In this document: positions 1 through 11,054 of the stretch, piece by piece | How positions within the stretch are numbered: position 1 is the first letter of the stretch | Layout: the number at the start of each line of letters is the position of its first letter | From: Candidatus Stahliibacteriota bacterium | Lineage (GTDB): Bacteria; Hydrothermota; Tepidihabitantia; B3-TA06 | NCBI GenBank assembly: GCA_004375895.1 | Contig: SOJW01000035.1 | Span: 42,264-106,263 of the forward strand | DNA: 64,000 nucleotides | Direction of reading: 5' to 3' | The notes under the pieces: model-generated | Told to the model about the DNA's origin: nothing | The model's database searches: none | Seen by the model: the letters and a program-made list of their open reading frames with translations, nothing else | Made by a program: the position numbers and the translations under genes

Positions 1-24
1 AAAACCGAGCAAGGTGAAGAAGTA

Positions 25-924
25 GTGAACTTCCCTAAACGCCCGACGGCTGAACACTCCCAAACTCCCAGAGCTGGCATTGAATCCAAGATGACGCCTG
101 CTAAGTGTCCCAAAATCAATTACGTTCGTCCCCCTGTGCCGCACATACCTACCCAGACGGCAAGGGTGGTAGTGTCACATGAGTTCGATATCCTGGTGGG
201 ATACGGCTATGCGAACAGGGAAGATTTCTTTGAGGTAAGATTGGGGATATGGCACGAGATAATGGAATTGGCGATACTCGCTTTGACTATGGAAGCGCTT
301 TACTGGCCGCTGGATCTTTATCACTCCTGTTACATTAATGACATACCAAATAGCTTCGCTAATGCCGCTGTTGCTTATGTTCAGCAGTGGTTGTGTGGTA
401 GTGAAGGTAGGAAGAAATTCCTTTACTGGAAGGGCGATCCGCCCTTTGAGGCGTTTGAATCCCAGTCACGCTCGCACGAAAAGGAGGCTGAGCGGCTGGC
501 TTCCAACGCCTCCTCTTTGGATAAGGGAGGGAGCCATCTGCAGGCTAACTCACAATGGAAGGAGTGTGCGGAAGCCTGGGAGAGGGCGGCAAAAGCTTGG
601 GACGCCTCCACACATCCAGATGCCAGGTCTAAAGCCAAAGATGCCCGGGAAGAGATGAGAGTGGCTGCTAAGAAGGCAGGACACTGGGAGGTTAATCCTT
701 CTTCAGGTAAAGAGATAACCATTAAGTACCGGGATTGGTTCGGGGATTTTGAGGCAGAGATCCTGGATACAACCGGGAGGAGGATTGATAAGTTTACCCG
801 TTCAATTGAACAAGGCGAGATTTGCTGGGGTGCTGAGGGCCGCATAAAAGCCGGCACTTATTTCGTTAAGGTGAAGCTTTTAGGTGACGAGTTCGAGACG
901 GAGAAGATAGCTATTCTGGGGTAG
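25..924 (+). CDS. Hypothetical protein, cassette family A (Trp-rich W-x-x-A-x-x-AW repeats); paralog of 1968..3053
   Basis: Long ORF with a GTG start at 25 after an in-frame TAG. Shares the motifs LWHEIME..L.ALxxEALY and FLYW(K/E)GDPPF(E/D)xFE plus repeated WxExAxAW segments with ORF 1968..3053. No signal peptide. No homolog recognised. Confidence 0.5.
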   Translation: MNFPKRPTAEHSQTPRAGIESKMTPAKCPKINYVRPPVPHIPTQTARVVVSHEFDILVGYGYANREDFFEVRLGIWHEIMELAILALTMEALYWPLDLYHSCYINDIPNSFANAAVAYVQQWLCGSEGRKKFLYWKGDPPFEAFESQSRSHEKEAERLASNASSLDKGGSHLQANSQWKECAEAWERAAKAWDASTHPDARSKAKDAREEMRVAAKKAGHWEVNPSSGKEITIKYRDWFGDFEAEILDTTGRRIDKFTRSIEQGEICWGAEGRIKAGTYFVKVKLLGDEFETEKIAILG

Positions 925-983
925 TGATTATTTTTCTTTTGTAGCGCGAGCCTCAGCGTGCCCACTTCGGGTATCGGGTTCGC

Positions 984-1011
984 TTGACAACCCTCCCGCG
1001 CTCCCTACAAT
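984..1011 (+). promoter_or_regulatory. Consensus sigma70 promoter (TTGACA-16-TACAAT) upstream of the family B1 gene
   Basis: TTGACA at 984-989 and TACAAT at 1006-1011, followed by RBS gaagga and ATG at 1029. The same -10/RBS/ATG block is repeated at 6331-6362. Confidence 0.6.
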
Positions 1012-1028
1012 AATTTACAGAAGGAGTG

Positions 1029-1781
1029 ATGAAGAACGTGTTTAAACAGATAACGATCCTGTGCCTTATCGTCCTTGCGGGGTCAGTCATCTTCTGCAAG
1101 AAGAAGGCGGAGGAAGAGCCTGAGCCGCACTGGCTGCGGGTATACCACGACGGTGAGTTCAAGTGGAAGATCGATGTTTCGGAGTGGGAGGTTAGAGAGG
1201 ATGTAGTTCCTCTAGGGGTTTTTTTTTATCCGTGGCAAGGGGAGGATTCCATTAACTGGACTGAGTACGATCCCCACGGACACCCTCTTTGGCCGGGACC
1301 TTACCTGGCAGTAAACGATAAGGTAGTAGGTGTAAATCTGGGATTTATTCCTCTTTCTTACCCAGAGATTGTGGACTCAGAGAAGATAATTACTGCTACG
1401 TTCGATGAGTATTTTGTGGGGTCCGAGTTTGACCCTGCTGTACTTAAGAAGTTACCCAACCTGATCGGCCTATACTGGTGTGTTGGTTCAAGAGAAGACT
1501 TGGAAAGGATTGGAACTATACCCTCACACCTGAGAATCTATCTTTTTTGTTACCATGATATAACTGGAGCCGATCTCAAGGGGTTAAGTAAGTTCTCCAA
1601 TATCCGGTCGTTGCGGATAGAGGACGGTTCGTTGAGTTATCGTGATCTCAGATACCTTTGCAGGTTTAAAGGGCTACGCTGGTTTGAATTTATCACCCGG
1701 GTACATCAGGAGGAACGGATCAAATGTCTGAGTAAGCTCAAAAAGCTGAGATATTGGTACGTGGGACCGATAATTATTTAG
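1029..1781 (+). CDS. Secreted/membrane protein, cassette family B (N-terminal signal/TM segment, FFYPW(Q/H)GEDSI motif, C-terminal leucine-rich repeats)
   Basis: ORF with an N-terminal hydrophobic segment (ITILCLIVLAGSVIFC). Shares motifs with 3967..5016 and 5171..6247. C-terminal LRR-like periodicity (LRSLRIEDGSLSYRDLRYLCRFKGLRW). ATG at 1029 preferred over GTG at 1026. Confidence 0.55.
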   Translation: MKNVFKQITILCLIVLAGSVIFCKKKAEEEPEPHWLRVYHDGEFKWKIDVSEWEVREDVVPLGVFFYPWQGEDSINWTEYDPHGHPLWPGPYLAVNDKVVGVNLGFIPLSYPEIVDSEKIITATFDEYFVGSEFDPAVLKKLPNLIGLYWCVGSREDLERIGTIPSHLRIYLFCYHDITGADLKGLSKFSNIRSLRIEDGSLSYRDLRYLCRFKGLRWFEFITRVHQEERIKCLSKLKKLRYWYVGPIII

Positions 1782-1967
1782 AAACCCCTTCTTTGAGCAA
1801 TAGAAACTTAAAGCACTTCTTCAGGCTTCTATTGACTTCTTCATCTACGTCTTTACGCTAAAAGAGATTATCTTCGGTTAAACTTTCCCAAAGGAGGTTG
1901 AGATGAAGGTCGAGATTAAACACAGGAGCAAGCGAGGGTTTCCCATCACTGAGAAGGAGGTGTTCCT

Positions 1968-3053
1968 ATGTCTAACATAGACCCGGGAAAGACCGTAGCA
2001 TTGGAGGAGCAGCTGCGACTGATCACTGACCCTAACAACGAGAGATTAGGCTCCAAGAAGTTTAAATTCTTCTTCGAGTTCGGCTGGAGACCTAATGAGA
2101 TCGAACTTGCAAAAGAAGCGGAGAAGGAGGAAAAGAGATACCAGTACGTGAATTCCAAAGGATATTTTACCTATGAGGATACAGGTCGTGTAGACAAGTT
2201 TACAGGCTATACGCAGCACATCTATCAGGCCAAGGTGAATCTCACCGTGCCCCAGGCTGCGGCCCTGTTGGGTCATTACGGGATTGATCTCGTGGTGCGC
2301 TCACAGTACACATACAAGGGAAAGGATTTCCCCAGGGAAGCGGAAAAGGGAGAGGAGACACGCGGGGGTGCCATAACTACCTTGCCCGCTTTGCCTGAAC
2401 CCGAGAGCCTGGGGCACATGCAGGGGACAGCGACGATTATGTTCTCCCATCACTTTGACATCCGACCTGAATACCTGCCCGGCAAGGTTGCCCTGAAAGA
2501 GGAGTTCGTGGCGGTGCGAAAGAGGCTCTGGCACGAGATAATGGAGACCACCTTGATCGCCCTGGTCGCCGAAGCGCTTTATATGCCTCGCCAGCTTCAC
2601 AGTGATTATAAACGTAAGAAGTTGGACAATTTTGCCAACGAGAGCGTAAAGGAGGTGCAACGGGGATTGAGGGACAGCCTGTTTCTTTACTGGGAGGGCG
2701 ATCCGCCGTTTGATGGGTTTGAGGTTGGGCCGATGTCCAAGGAAAATGAGCTGGAGCAAAGGGAGAATCACCTTCACGGCCTCAAGTCGTTCTATATCCC
2801 TGAAAAGATAGCGCGAATGTGGGAGGACATAGCCAAGGAATGGGAAGTAGTAGCCCAAGCCTGGCTCTATACCAAATCTCCCCATCGGATTAAGAAGGCT
2901 ACTACGGCCTGGGAGAAAGCTGCTAATGCCTGGTACGCGGCTGAAGGGGAGTGGCGCAGGTCAACCCATGCTGATAAAGATAAGTTGGCTGATGCTTCTC
3001 AAAAGCGAGGCCAGGAAGCGGAACGCAAAGCCAAAGATATGGTGGGAAGGTAG
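1968..3053 (+). CDS. Hypothetical protein, cassette family A (full-length paralog of 25..924)
   Basis: RBS ggagg then ATG at 1968. Shares RLWHEIMETTLIALVAEALY and LFLYWEGDPPFDGFE with ORF 25..924. Trp-rich C-terminal repeats (WEDIAKEWEVVAQAW, AWEKAANAW). Confidence 0.55.
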   Translation: MSNIDPGKTVALEEQLRLITDPNNERLGSKKFKFFFEFGWRPNEIELAKEAEKEEKRYQYVNSKGYFTYEDTGRVDKFTGYTQHIYQAKVNLTVPQAAALLGHYGIDLVVRSQYTYKGKDFPREAEKGEETRGGAITTLPALPEPESLGHMQGTATIMFSHHFDIRPEYLPGKVALKEEFVAVRKRLWHEIMETTLIALVAEALYMPRQLHSDYKRKKLDNFANESVKEVQRGLRDSLFLYWEGDPPFDGFEVGPMSKENELEQRENHLHGLKSFYIPEKIARMWEDIAKEWEVVAQAWLYTKSPHRIKKATTAWEKAANAWYAAEGEWRRSTHADKDKLADASQKRGQEAERKAKDMVGR

Positions 3054-3130
3054 TCTACTTCTCGGCAAGCAACCTGTCCACCAGATCGTCCGGCGATACA
3101 CCCCCTCGGCGGCTTGACAACCCTACTCCC
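3054..3130 (+). repeat. ~75-bp 3'-flank repeat carrying a -35 box (copy 1); copy 2 at 6251..6324
   Basis: Near-identical block ...ctcggcggcttgacaaccctactcc... found directly after the stops of family A2 (3053) and family B3 (6247). Confidence 0.7.
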
Positions 3131-3234
3131 ATTGGCCGGGCAAATGTGCAATCCAGATCTGGACTTGCTCCGCCGGTCAACCGGGAAGACTGGTCAAGAG
3201 CATAAGTGAGCCTCACTCGGCAGGGGTTATCACA

Positions 3235-3909
3235 TTGGGAGTGGAGAGTAAGCTCGCTCCCGGTAGCTATATGCCCAAACCCTGGCTCGAGGCTTACGCA
3301 AGGGAAGAGGACAGAGAGAAAGCCAATGGAGTGGTGCCCCAACCCATGAGGTTCACCATAGGAAAGCCCAAATGGAGCGTTAAGATAGACGAGGTCGCTT
3401 TCAACCCCCAGGTGGTCATAGATTTCAAAAGTTTCTTCAAGGGATTTGAGGCCAAAATCTACTACAAACAAAGGCTTGTGGATACCCTGACCTCCACTAC
3501 CCCATCAGGGCAGTTTACCTGGGGCGATGGCAAAAAGCACGCAGAATATGAAATAAAGGTGAACGTCAACGGGGTATGGCAGAGTAAGAGCATCGGACGG
3601 TTCTCCGTAAAACCTCCCTACTGGAAGGTGTGGTACGAGAATGCCGGAAGCCTAGGTAAAACCATAGATATAGAATACGGGGATTGGCGACCTAAAGAAG
3701 TTGGATGCCCTGTAACCATAACGGATCCCAGAGGCAGGAAGTACCTTTTTAATGATCATAAGGAATATGGTTGGTATAAGTTCGATCTTAGGGATAAGCC
3801 TTTGGGGAGATATAGGCTAGAAGTCGATACCGATTATCCGGAGAGCGCCATTAAAAAAAGCGTAGAGGTGGAGGTAGGCAGCGAGCTTGACAGCAAGAGA
3901 ATACTTTAG
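3235..3909 (+). CDS. Hypothetical protein, predicted beta-rich, unique to the island
   Basis: Long ORF with good coding-like composition. Start uncertain: TTG at 3235, GTG at 3241, or first ATG at 3271. No recognisable domain. Confidence 0.4.
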   Translation: MGVESKLAPGSYMPKPWLEAYAREEDREKANGVVPQPMRFTIGKPKWSVKIDEVAFNPQVVIDFKSFFKGFEAKIYYKQRLVDTLTSTTPSGQFTWGDGKKHAEYEIKVNVNGVWQSKSIGRFSVKPPYWKVWYENAGSLGKTIDIEYGDWRPKEVGCPVTITDPRGRKYLFNDHKEYGWYKFDLRDKPLGRYRLEVDTDYPESAIKKSVEVEVGSELDSKRIL

Positions 3910-3966
3910 GGAGGCAAGTTGACATAGAAGGGGAATCTCCTATACTTTCTTATGTAAGGAGGATTT

Positions 3967-5016
3967 ATGGATTCTAACATCGATTTCAAAACAAAAATAA
4001 TTAACGCTATGTTTTTACTCCTCATCCTGAGTCTTACCTTCTGCAGAAGAGGTCTGGGTGAAGGTTATGAATCATTTCGTCTCCCTCACTTTTATTCTCG
4101 AGATCTCCCTGCAAGAGAGATACTACCACTCCTATGGAAAAATGCCTATCTGCCGGACGCGGTGCCTGAAGATGTGGTTGAAAAGGGCAAAAAACTGATC
4201 GTCACCCACCGGGGAGAACCGTATCTGGTTTATGATGTCTCCGGGTGGGAACCGGGCGAGGATGTGGTGGGATTTTATCTGCCGAAGGATTACACCTCTC
4301 CTATAGATGTGGATTCCTATTTATGCGAACAACTTGGGGTAGATGAGTTGCCCTTCCCCATCGAGGAGGAAGAGGAGAGAGCTCCCTTGTTGTTTTTCTA
4401 TCCCTGGCATGGTGAAGATAGTATTGACTATAAGGTAGACCCGGAACCTTTAACCGTAAACGGCAAGATCGTAGGGGGTGTTCTTTCTTCCATAGAATTC
4501 ATGTATTTTCTTGAGGACGAGGGAATCGACATCGAACAGATCGATTTCCGTACCCAAGGAATACTCTGTCTCACGACACAGGCGTTCGAACCTGAGTATA
4601 CCATTAGAAGACTGAGGCGATTCCCTGATCTGGAGGTAGTATTCATGTATCTGGATCGCATCAGTTATGCGTATAGCGACTGCTTTGTCTGGAATGAGAC
4701 CTTATATTACAAGGAGAAATGCTGGCTTTCCAAGTGGCTCTATTTCAGGAACCTTAAGCGAGTGACCGAGATTGCCAACCTTTATCTTTACCTCGCCGAC
4801 ATTGCCGATGACGAACTTAGGCTCTTAAGTGACTTCACCAAGCTTAAGGGGTTGTGGATAAAAAGCGACAGCCTCACCGACGTCGGGCTTGCGCACCTAA
4901 AAAAACTCTCCGGATTGAGGACGCTTTATCTTTATGGAACAGAGGTAAGCGAGGAGGGGATGGTCGAGTTAGGGGAAGTCTTGCCCAGATGTGATATCAT
5001 GCGGAGGGGTCGTTAG
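3967..5016 (+). CDS. Secreted/membrane protein, cassette family B (paralog B2)
   Basis: RBS aaggagg then ATG. N-terminal hydrophobic segment LLLILSLTFC, motif LLFFYPWHGEDSIDYKV. C-terminal LRR (LKGLWIKSDSLTDVGLAHLKKLSGLRTLYLYGTEVSEEG) about 90% identical to B3. Confidence 0.55.
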   Translation: MDSNIDFKTKIINAMFLLLILSLTFCRRGLGEGYESFRLPHFYSRDLPAREILPLLWKNAYLPDAVPEDVVEKGKKLIVTHRGEPYLVYDVSGWEPGEDVVGFYLPKDYTSPIDVDSYLCEQLGVDELPFPIEEEEERAPLLFFYPWHGEDSIDYKVDPEPLTVNGKIVGGVLSSIEFMYFLEDEGIDIEQIDFRTQGILCLTTQAFEPEYTIRRLRRFPDLEVVFMYLDRISYAYSDCFVWNETLYYKEKCWLSKWLYFRNLKRVTEIANLYLYLADIADDELRLLSDFTKLKGLWIKSDSLTDVGLAHLKKLSGLRTLYLYGTEVSEEGMVELGEVLPRCDIMRRGR

Positions 5017-5026
5017 GACCCTTTAC

Positions 5027-5160
5027 AATAAAAAAGGAAAACAGACTTTCTACCCACGCAGGTGAGAAGTGTGGTAAGGCACATCAGGCCGATACACCAC
5101 TCCCCTAACAGTGCAGATCACCAATAACACCACTTGACGTCTGGGAAAAATATACTTATA
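5027..5160 (+). repeat. Duplicate of the tRNA-Cys upstream/promoter segment (homologous to 6408..6540)
   Basis: Shared block agactttctacccacgcagg...ggtaaggcacatcaggcc...ccactcccc...ttgacg, ending in a -35/-10 that drives the leaderless B3 start at 5171. Confidence 0.6.
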
Positions 5161-5170
5161 CTTCTTGGTT

Positions 5171-6247
5171 ATGAGGCGAAAGAAGAAACTTAAAATTATT
5201 TTCCTGACAATAGGCAGCACCTTGCTTCTTTTAATTTTATCCGTCCTGTTTTCCTACTATTATCTAGTTAGTGATTGGGGTGATAAGAATCGCATTCTGC
5301 CTCCGTTTTATTTTTGGGGTCCATACGCATGGGAGGGGCCATTTGGGCTATTTGTATATGATTATCTTCCGCACCTTTTGAAAGATGCTTATCTCCCGGA
5401 GGAGGTGCCTGAAGATGTGGAAGAAAAATTAGTGGTTCTCCGCGATGGAGAACCGGAAGTAGTTTATGATGTATCCAGGTGGGAACCGGGCGAGCACGTG
5501 ATGCGGTTTTATGCAAGGAGAAGGGAATATGACACCCTGGTGATGACTTCTTTTGATACGGGGGACACGATCCTATATGAGATACGCAAGCTATTCCCCC
5601 AGGAGCAGACTGAATCTGCCACATTGTTTCTTTACCCCTGGCACGGGGAAGATACCATCTCCTATCAGGTTTCGTCTTGGAGTTTGCGGATAAACGGCAA
5701 GCAGGCAGGGGTCCTTTTTCGCCCCATAGAATCAATGTCGTTTCTTCCTGAGGAAAAGATCGAACTTGAATATATCGACGCCCCTACCCAAGGGATAGTC
5801 ACTATTACAATAGAAGATTTTGAACCACCTTTTACAATAAGAAGACTGGAGCGCTTCCCTGACCTGGAGGTAATATTCATGACCCTGTACTTTGAAGATT
5901 ATGCTTACGAGTATTACCGCCGCTTGGCCCCTGAATTGATACGCTACAAAGAGAGGTGCTGGCTTTCCAAGTGGCTCTACTTCAGGGGCCTAAAGCAAGT
6001 GACCGAGATAGCCGATCTTTATCTTTACATCGAGGGAGTGCGCGATGCTGAACTCTGGTTCTTACGTAACTTCACCAAGCTTAAGGGGTTGTGGATCGAA
6101 AGCGACAGCCTCACCGACGCCGGGCTTGCGCACCTAAAAAAACTCTCCGGATTGAGTACGCTTTATCTTTATGGAACAGAGGTAAGCGAGGAGGGGGTAG
6201 CCGAGTTACGGGAAGCCTTGCCGGAGTGTAAGATTACGTTCAGATAA
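5171..6247 (+). CDS. Membrane-anchored protein, cassette family B (paralog B3)
   Basis: ATG at 5171 lies 9 nt after a TTATAC -10 box, so the transcript is leaderless. Has an N-terminal TM helix, LFLYPWHGEDTISYQV, and a C-terminal LRR shared with B2. Confidence 0.55.
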   Translation: MRRKKKLKIIFLTIGSTLLLLILSVLFSYYYLVSDWGDKNRILPPFYFWGPYAWEGPFGLFVYDYLPHLLKDAYLPEEVPEDVEEKLVVLRDGEPEVVYDVSRWEPGEHVMRFYARRREYDTLVMTSFDTGDTILYEIRKLFPQEQTESATLFLYPWHGEDTISYQVSSWSLRINGKQAGVLFRPIESMSFLPEEKIELEYIDAPTQGIVTITIEDFEPPFTIRRLERFPDLEVIFMTLYFEDYAYEYYRRLAPELIRYKERCWLSKWLYFRGLKQVTEIADLYLYIEGVRDAELWFLRNFTKLKGLWIESDSLTDAGLAHLKKLSGLSTLYLYGTEVSEEGVAELREALPECKITFR

Positions 6248-6250
6248 AGG

Positions 6251-6336
6251 ATTTACTTCTCTTCAAGCAGCCTGTCTACAGCTCGTCGGCTGACACGCCC
6301 TCGGCGGCTTGACAACCCTACTCCTATACCTACAAT
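6251..6336 (+). repeat. 3'-flank repeat copy 2 fused to a TTGACA-16-TACAAT promoter
   Basis: Homologous to 3054..3130. TTGACA at 6309-6314 and TACAAT at 6331-6336, followed by RBS+ATG at 6357 of a degenerate family B N-terminus. Confidence 0.65.
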
Positions 6337-6356
6337 AGTTTACAGAAGGAACGGCG

Positions 6357-6410
6357 ATGAAGAGGATCATTAAAGCGGCAGCGATCGTCATGCTTCCTTT
6401 TTGCTCCTTA
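6357..6410 (+). pseudogene. Remnant 5' end of a family B cassette gene (signal-peptide-like MKRIIKAAAIVMLPFCSL) that loses coding character and runs over tRNA-Cys
   Basis: The promoter/RBS/ATG-AAG context is identical to B1 (1006-1034). ORF 6357..6740 overlaps the tRNA and the downstream composition is non-coding. Confidence 0.45.
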
Positions 6411-6510
6411 TCTAAGGAAAAGGAAAGAGACTTTCTACCCACGCAGGCGGGGAAGTCCGGTAAAGCACGTCAGGCCAGTAAGCCACTCCCCCAAGACGGA
6501 GTGATTCGAC

Positions 6511-6539
6511 TTGACAATCCAGTTCTCCTAGATATATTT
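6511..6539 (+). promoter_or_regulatory. tRNA-Cys promoter (TTGACA-17-TATATT)
   Basis: The -35 is at 6511-6516 and the -10 at 6534-6539. The mature tRNA 5' end at 6547 lies about 8 nt downstream. Confidence 0.6.
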
Positions 6540-6546
6540 AGCTTAA

Positions 6547-6618
6547 GGCGGCATAGCCAAGTGGTAAGGCGGCGGTCTGCAAAACCGCTATTCCTCGGTT
6601 CAAGTCCGGGTGCCGCCT
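6547..6618 (+). tRNA. tRNA-Cys (anticodon GCA)
   Basis: Hand-folded cloverleaf. Acceptor GGCGGCA/TGCCGCC, anticodon stem GCGGT/ACCGC, loop CTGCAAA giving anticodon GCA. T-loop TTCAAGT, 72 nt, CCA not encoded. Confidence 0.85.
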
Positions 6619-6623
6619 TAAAG

Positions 6624-6655
6624 CCCCACCCTCGCAGCTTGCTGCGAGGGTGGGG
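6624..6655 (+). terminator. Stem-loop directly after tRNA-Cys (CCCCACCCTCGCAGC-TTGC-TGCGAGGGTGGGG)
   Basis: Perfect 14-bp stem seen in the sequence. It lacks a U-tract, so it could be a processing or termination structure. Confidence 0.5.
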
Positions 6656-7032
6656 ACCCCGATCGGGATGGTCAACACATCGTTACCAGGTAAAGGGGTT
6701 GAGATCGTCAAGTAGGAGGACAGGGAAGTTGATGAAGTAGAACAGACACTCTTGTCTGTTCAAAAACCAAAAATCTCCCTACTTCCCACCAATACCGAAA
6801 TCTTTTCGTATTCCCAGAACCAATTTTCATTACTATACTTTACTAGAGCTGTGAAATCTGTCAAGTCTTCCAACTATATACCCTCTTCTGTTGACGATAC
6901 TACACTGAACTAATAAATCACCTTGATTAAACGATAATGGCGCTCTTACCTCTCCCCTCTGGTAACCATCTCCCCGCGCACGCACTTAATACGCTTGACG
7001 CAGGCCGCATTATCCACTATAATCAGTGCTTG

Positions 7033-7299
7033 ATGTCTGTTGTTGCTGTCTATCGTCCTATGGACGAACTAACTGCCCGTGCGTTACTTGCAGCACTGGA
7101 GGTCAAGGGTATACGCGCGGAGCTGCGGCAGTTTCACAACCCCTGGGAGATTCCCTGGCTTGAAGGGAACCCATGGGGCGAGATACTGGTACTGGAAGAG
7201 TACGCCGGACGGGCCCGAAAGGTAATTGAGGATTTTCTCGCGAACGCAGACGGGGATACAGCCTCTCCGAATGAAGACGAAACGGCATCCGACGAGTAA
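7033..7299 (+). CDS. DUF2007-like small protein (putative signal-transducing protein family)
   Basis: MSVVAVYRPMDELTARALLAALEVKGIRAEL matches the DUF2007 pattern. A TTGACG-17-TATAAT promoter (6995-7023) places the transcription start ~3 nt before the ATG, so the transcript is leaderless. Confidence 0.5.
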   Translation: MSVVAVYRPMDELTARALLAALEVKGIRAELRQFHNPWEIPWLEGNPWGEILVLEEYAGRARKVIEDFLANADGDTASPNEDETASDE

Positions 7300-7375
7300 T
7301 GGGAATCCCGAACAGGGCGTAAAGGCGAAGCCCAAAAAATCAAAGTGTCACTGAAGGAGACAATCAGGAGGCTTT

Positions 7376-10135
<2,760 letters not shown>

Positions 10136-10238
10136 AAGCAAGATAGGCCTCAACCAGCCCGAGGACGCCCCCCCCAAAGTAGTGAAATCCGCATTAGGCA
10201 ACCCTAAGGCACTCCTGCAACCTCCGCAATCCATGATC

Positions 10239-10266
10239 TTGACTGCCAGATCATTCTAAGTATGAT
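10239..10266 (+). promoter_or_regulatory. TTGACT-16-TATGAT promoter; leaderless start of the gene at 10272
   Basis: The ATG begins 6 nt after the -10 box. Confidence 0.5.
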
Positions 10267-10271
10267 GAGGT

Positions 10272-11054
10272 ATGAGGCTTCGCAAAGGAGTAATACTGGC
10301 CGGTGGCATGGGCGCAAGGCTGGCTCCCCTGACTCAGGTGACGAATAAGCATCTCCTTCCTGTCTACGATAGACCGATGGTAACCTATCCGATCGAGAAG
10401 ATGGTCCAGGCCGGTATCGAGGAGATACTTTTAGTCACCGGCGGTGAGTTCGCAGGCGATTTCCTGAGACTACTGGGCAACGGGAAATCGTTAGGGATAA
10501 AAAGACTCCACTACACCTATCAGGAGGGGCACGGAGGGATAGCGGCAGCGCTTTCGCTGGCCGAGGACTTCGCGGACAGCGAGCCGATTCTCGTAATCCT
10601 GGGCGACAACATCTTCAACGCTTCGATTTTACCTTTCGTGAAGAAGTACAACTCCCAAGGTACCGGTGCCATGATCCTCTTAAAAGAGGTCGCCGACGCG
10701 CACCGCTTCGGCGCGGCTACTGTGGAAGGTGATAGGATAGTAAAAATCACGGAGAAGCCAGCCAAGCCCGAGTCGAATCTGGCCGTGACCGGCATCTACT
10801 TCTACGACTCACGTGTGTTTGAGATAATCAAGGGCCTTTCGCCGTCGGCCCGCAACGAGCTTGAAATCACCGACGTGAACAACATCTACATCTCGTGTGA
10901 CCAGATGCGCTGGGAAAAGCTTACCGGCTGGTGGAGTGACGCAGGGACGTTTGAATCTCTTTACCGGGCAACGGAGTTGGTGCGTAAATCCCGGCTTTCT
11001 GCGAAAGGAGAGAAGGGGAGGAGGACGGAAGGAGAACGGGAGGAGGGCGCGTGA
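10272..11054 (+). CDS. Sugar-phosphate nucleotidyltransferase (short RmlA/glucose-1-phosphate thymidylyltransferase-like)
   Basis: GVILAGGMGARLAPLT...KHLLPV at the N-terminus and the LGDNIF motif. Has a low-complexity Glu/Arg-rich C-terminal tail. Confidence 0.8.
   Translation: MRLRKGVILAGGMGARLAPLTQVTNKHLLPVYDRPMVTYPIEKMVQAGIEEILLVTGGEFAGDFLRLLGNGKSLGIKRLHYTYQEGHGGIAAALSLAEDFADSEPILVILGDNIFNASILPFVKKYNSQGTGAMILLKEVADAHRFGAATVEGDRIVKITEKPAKPESNLAVTGIYFYDSRVFEIIKGLSPSARNELEITDVNNIYISCDQMRWEKLTGWWSDAGTFESLYRATELVRKSRLSAKGEKGRRTEGEREEGA

Noticed and set aside
1-6340. Classic integrase-mediated genomic island at tRNA-Cys
   Set aside because: There is no integrase, excisionase or transposase in the island, and the island lies on the 5' side of the tRNA rather than the usual 3' side. 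The evidence favours local duplication and recombination (shared promoter and flank blocks) over site-specific integration.
6357-6740. 127-aa ORF proposed by the ORF track
   Set aside because: It runs straight through tRNA-Cys (6547-6618) and its terminator hairpin. Only the first ~17 codons, a family B-like signal peptide, look genuine. It is annotated as a decayed gene start instead.
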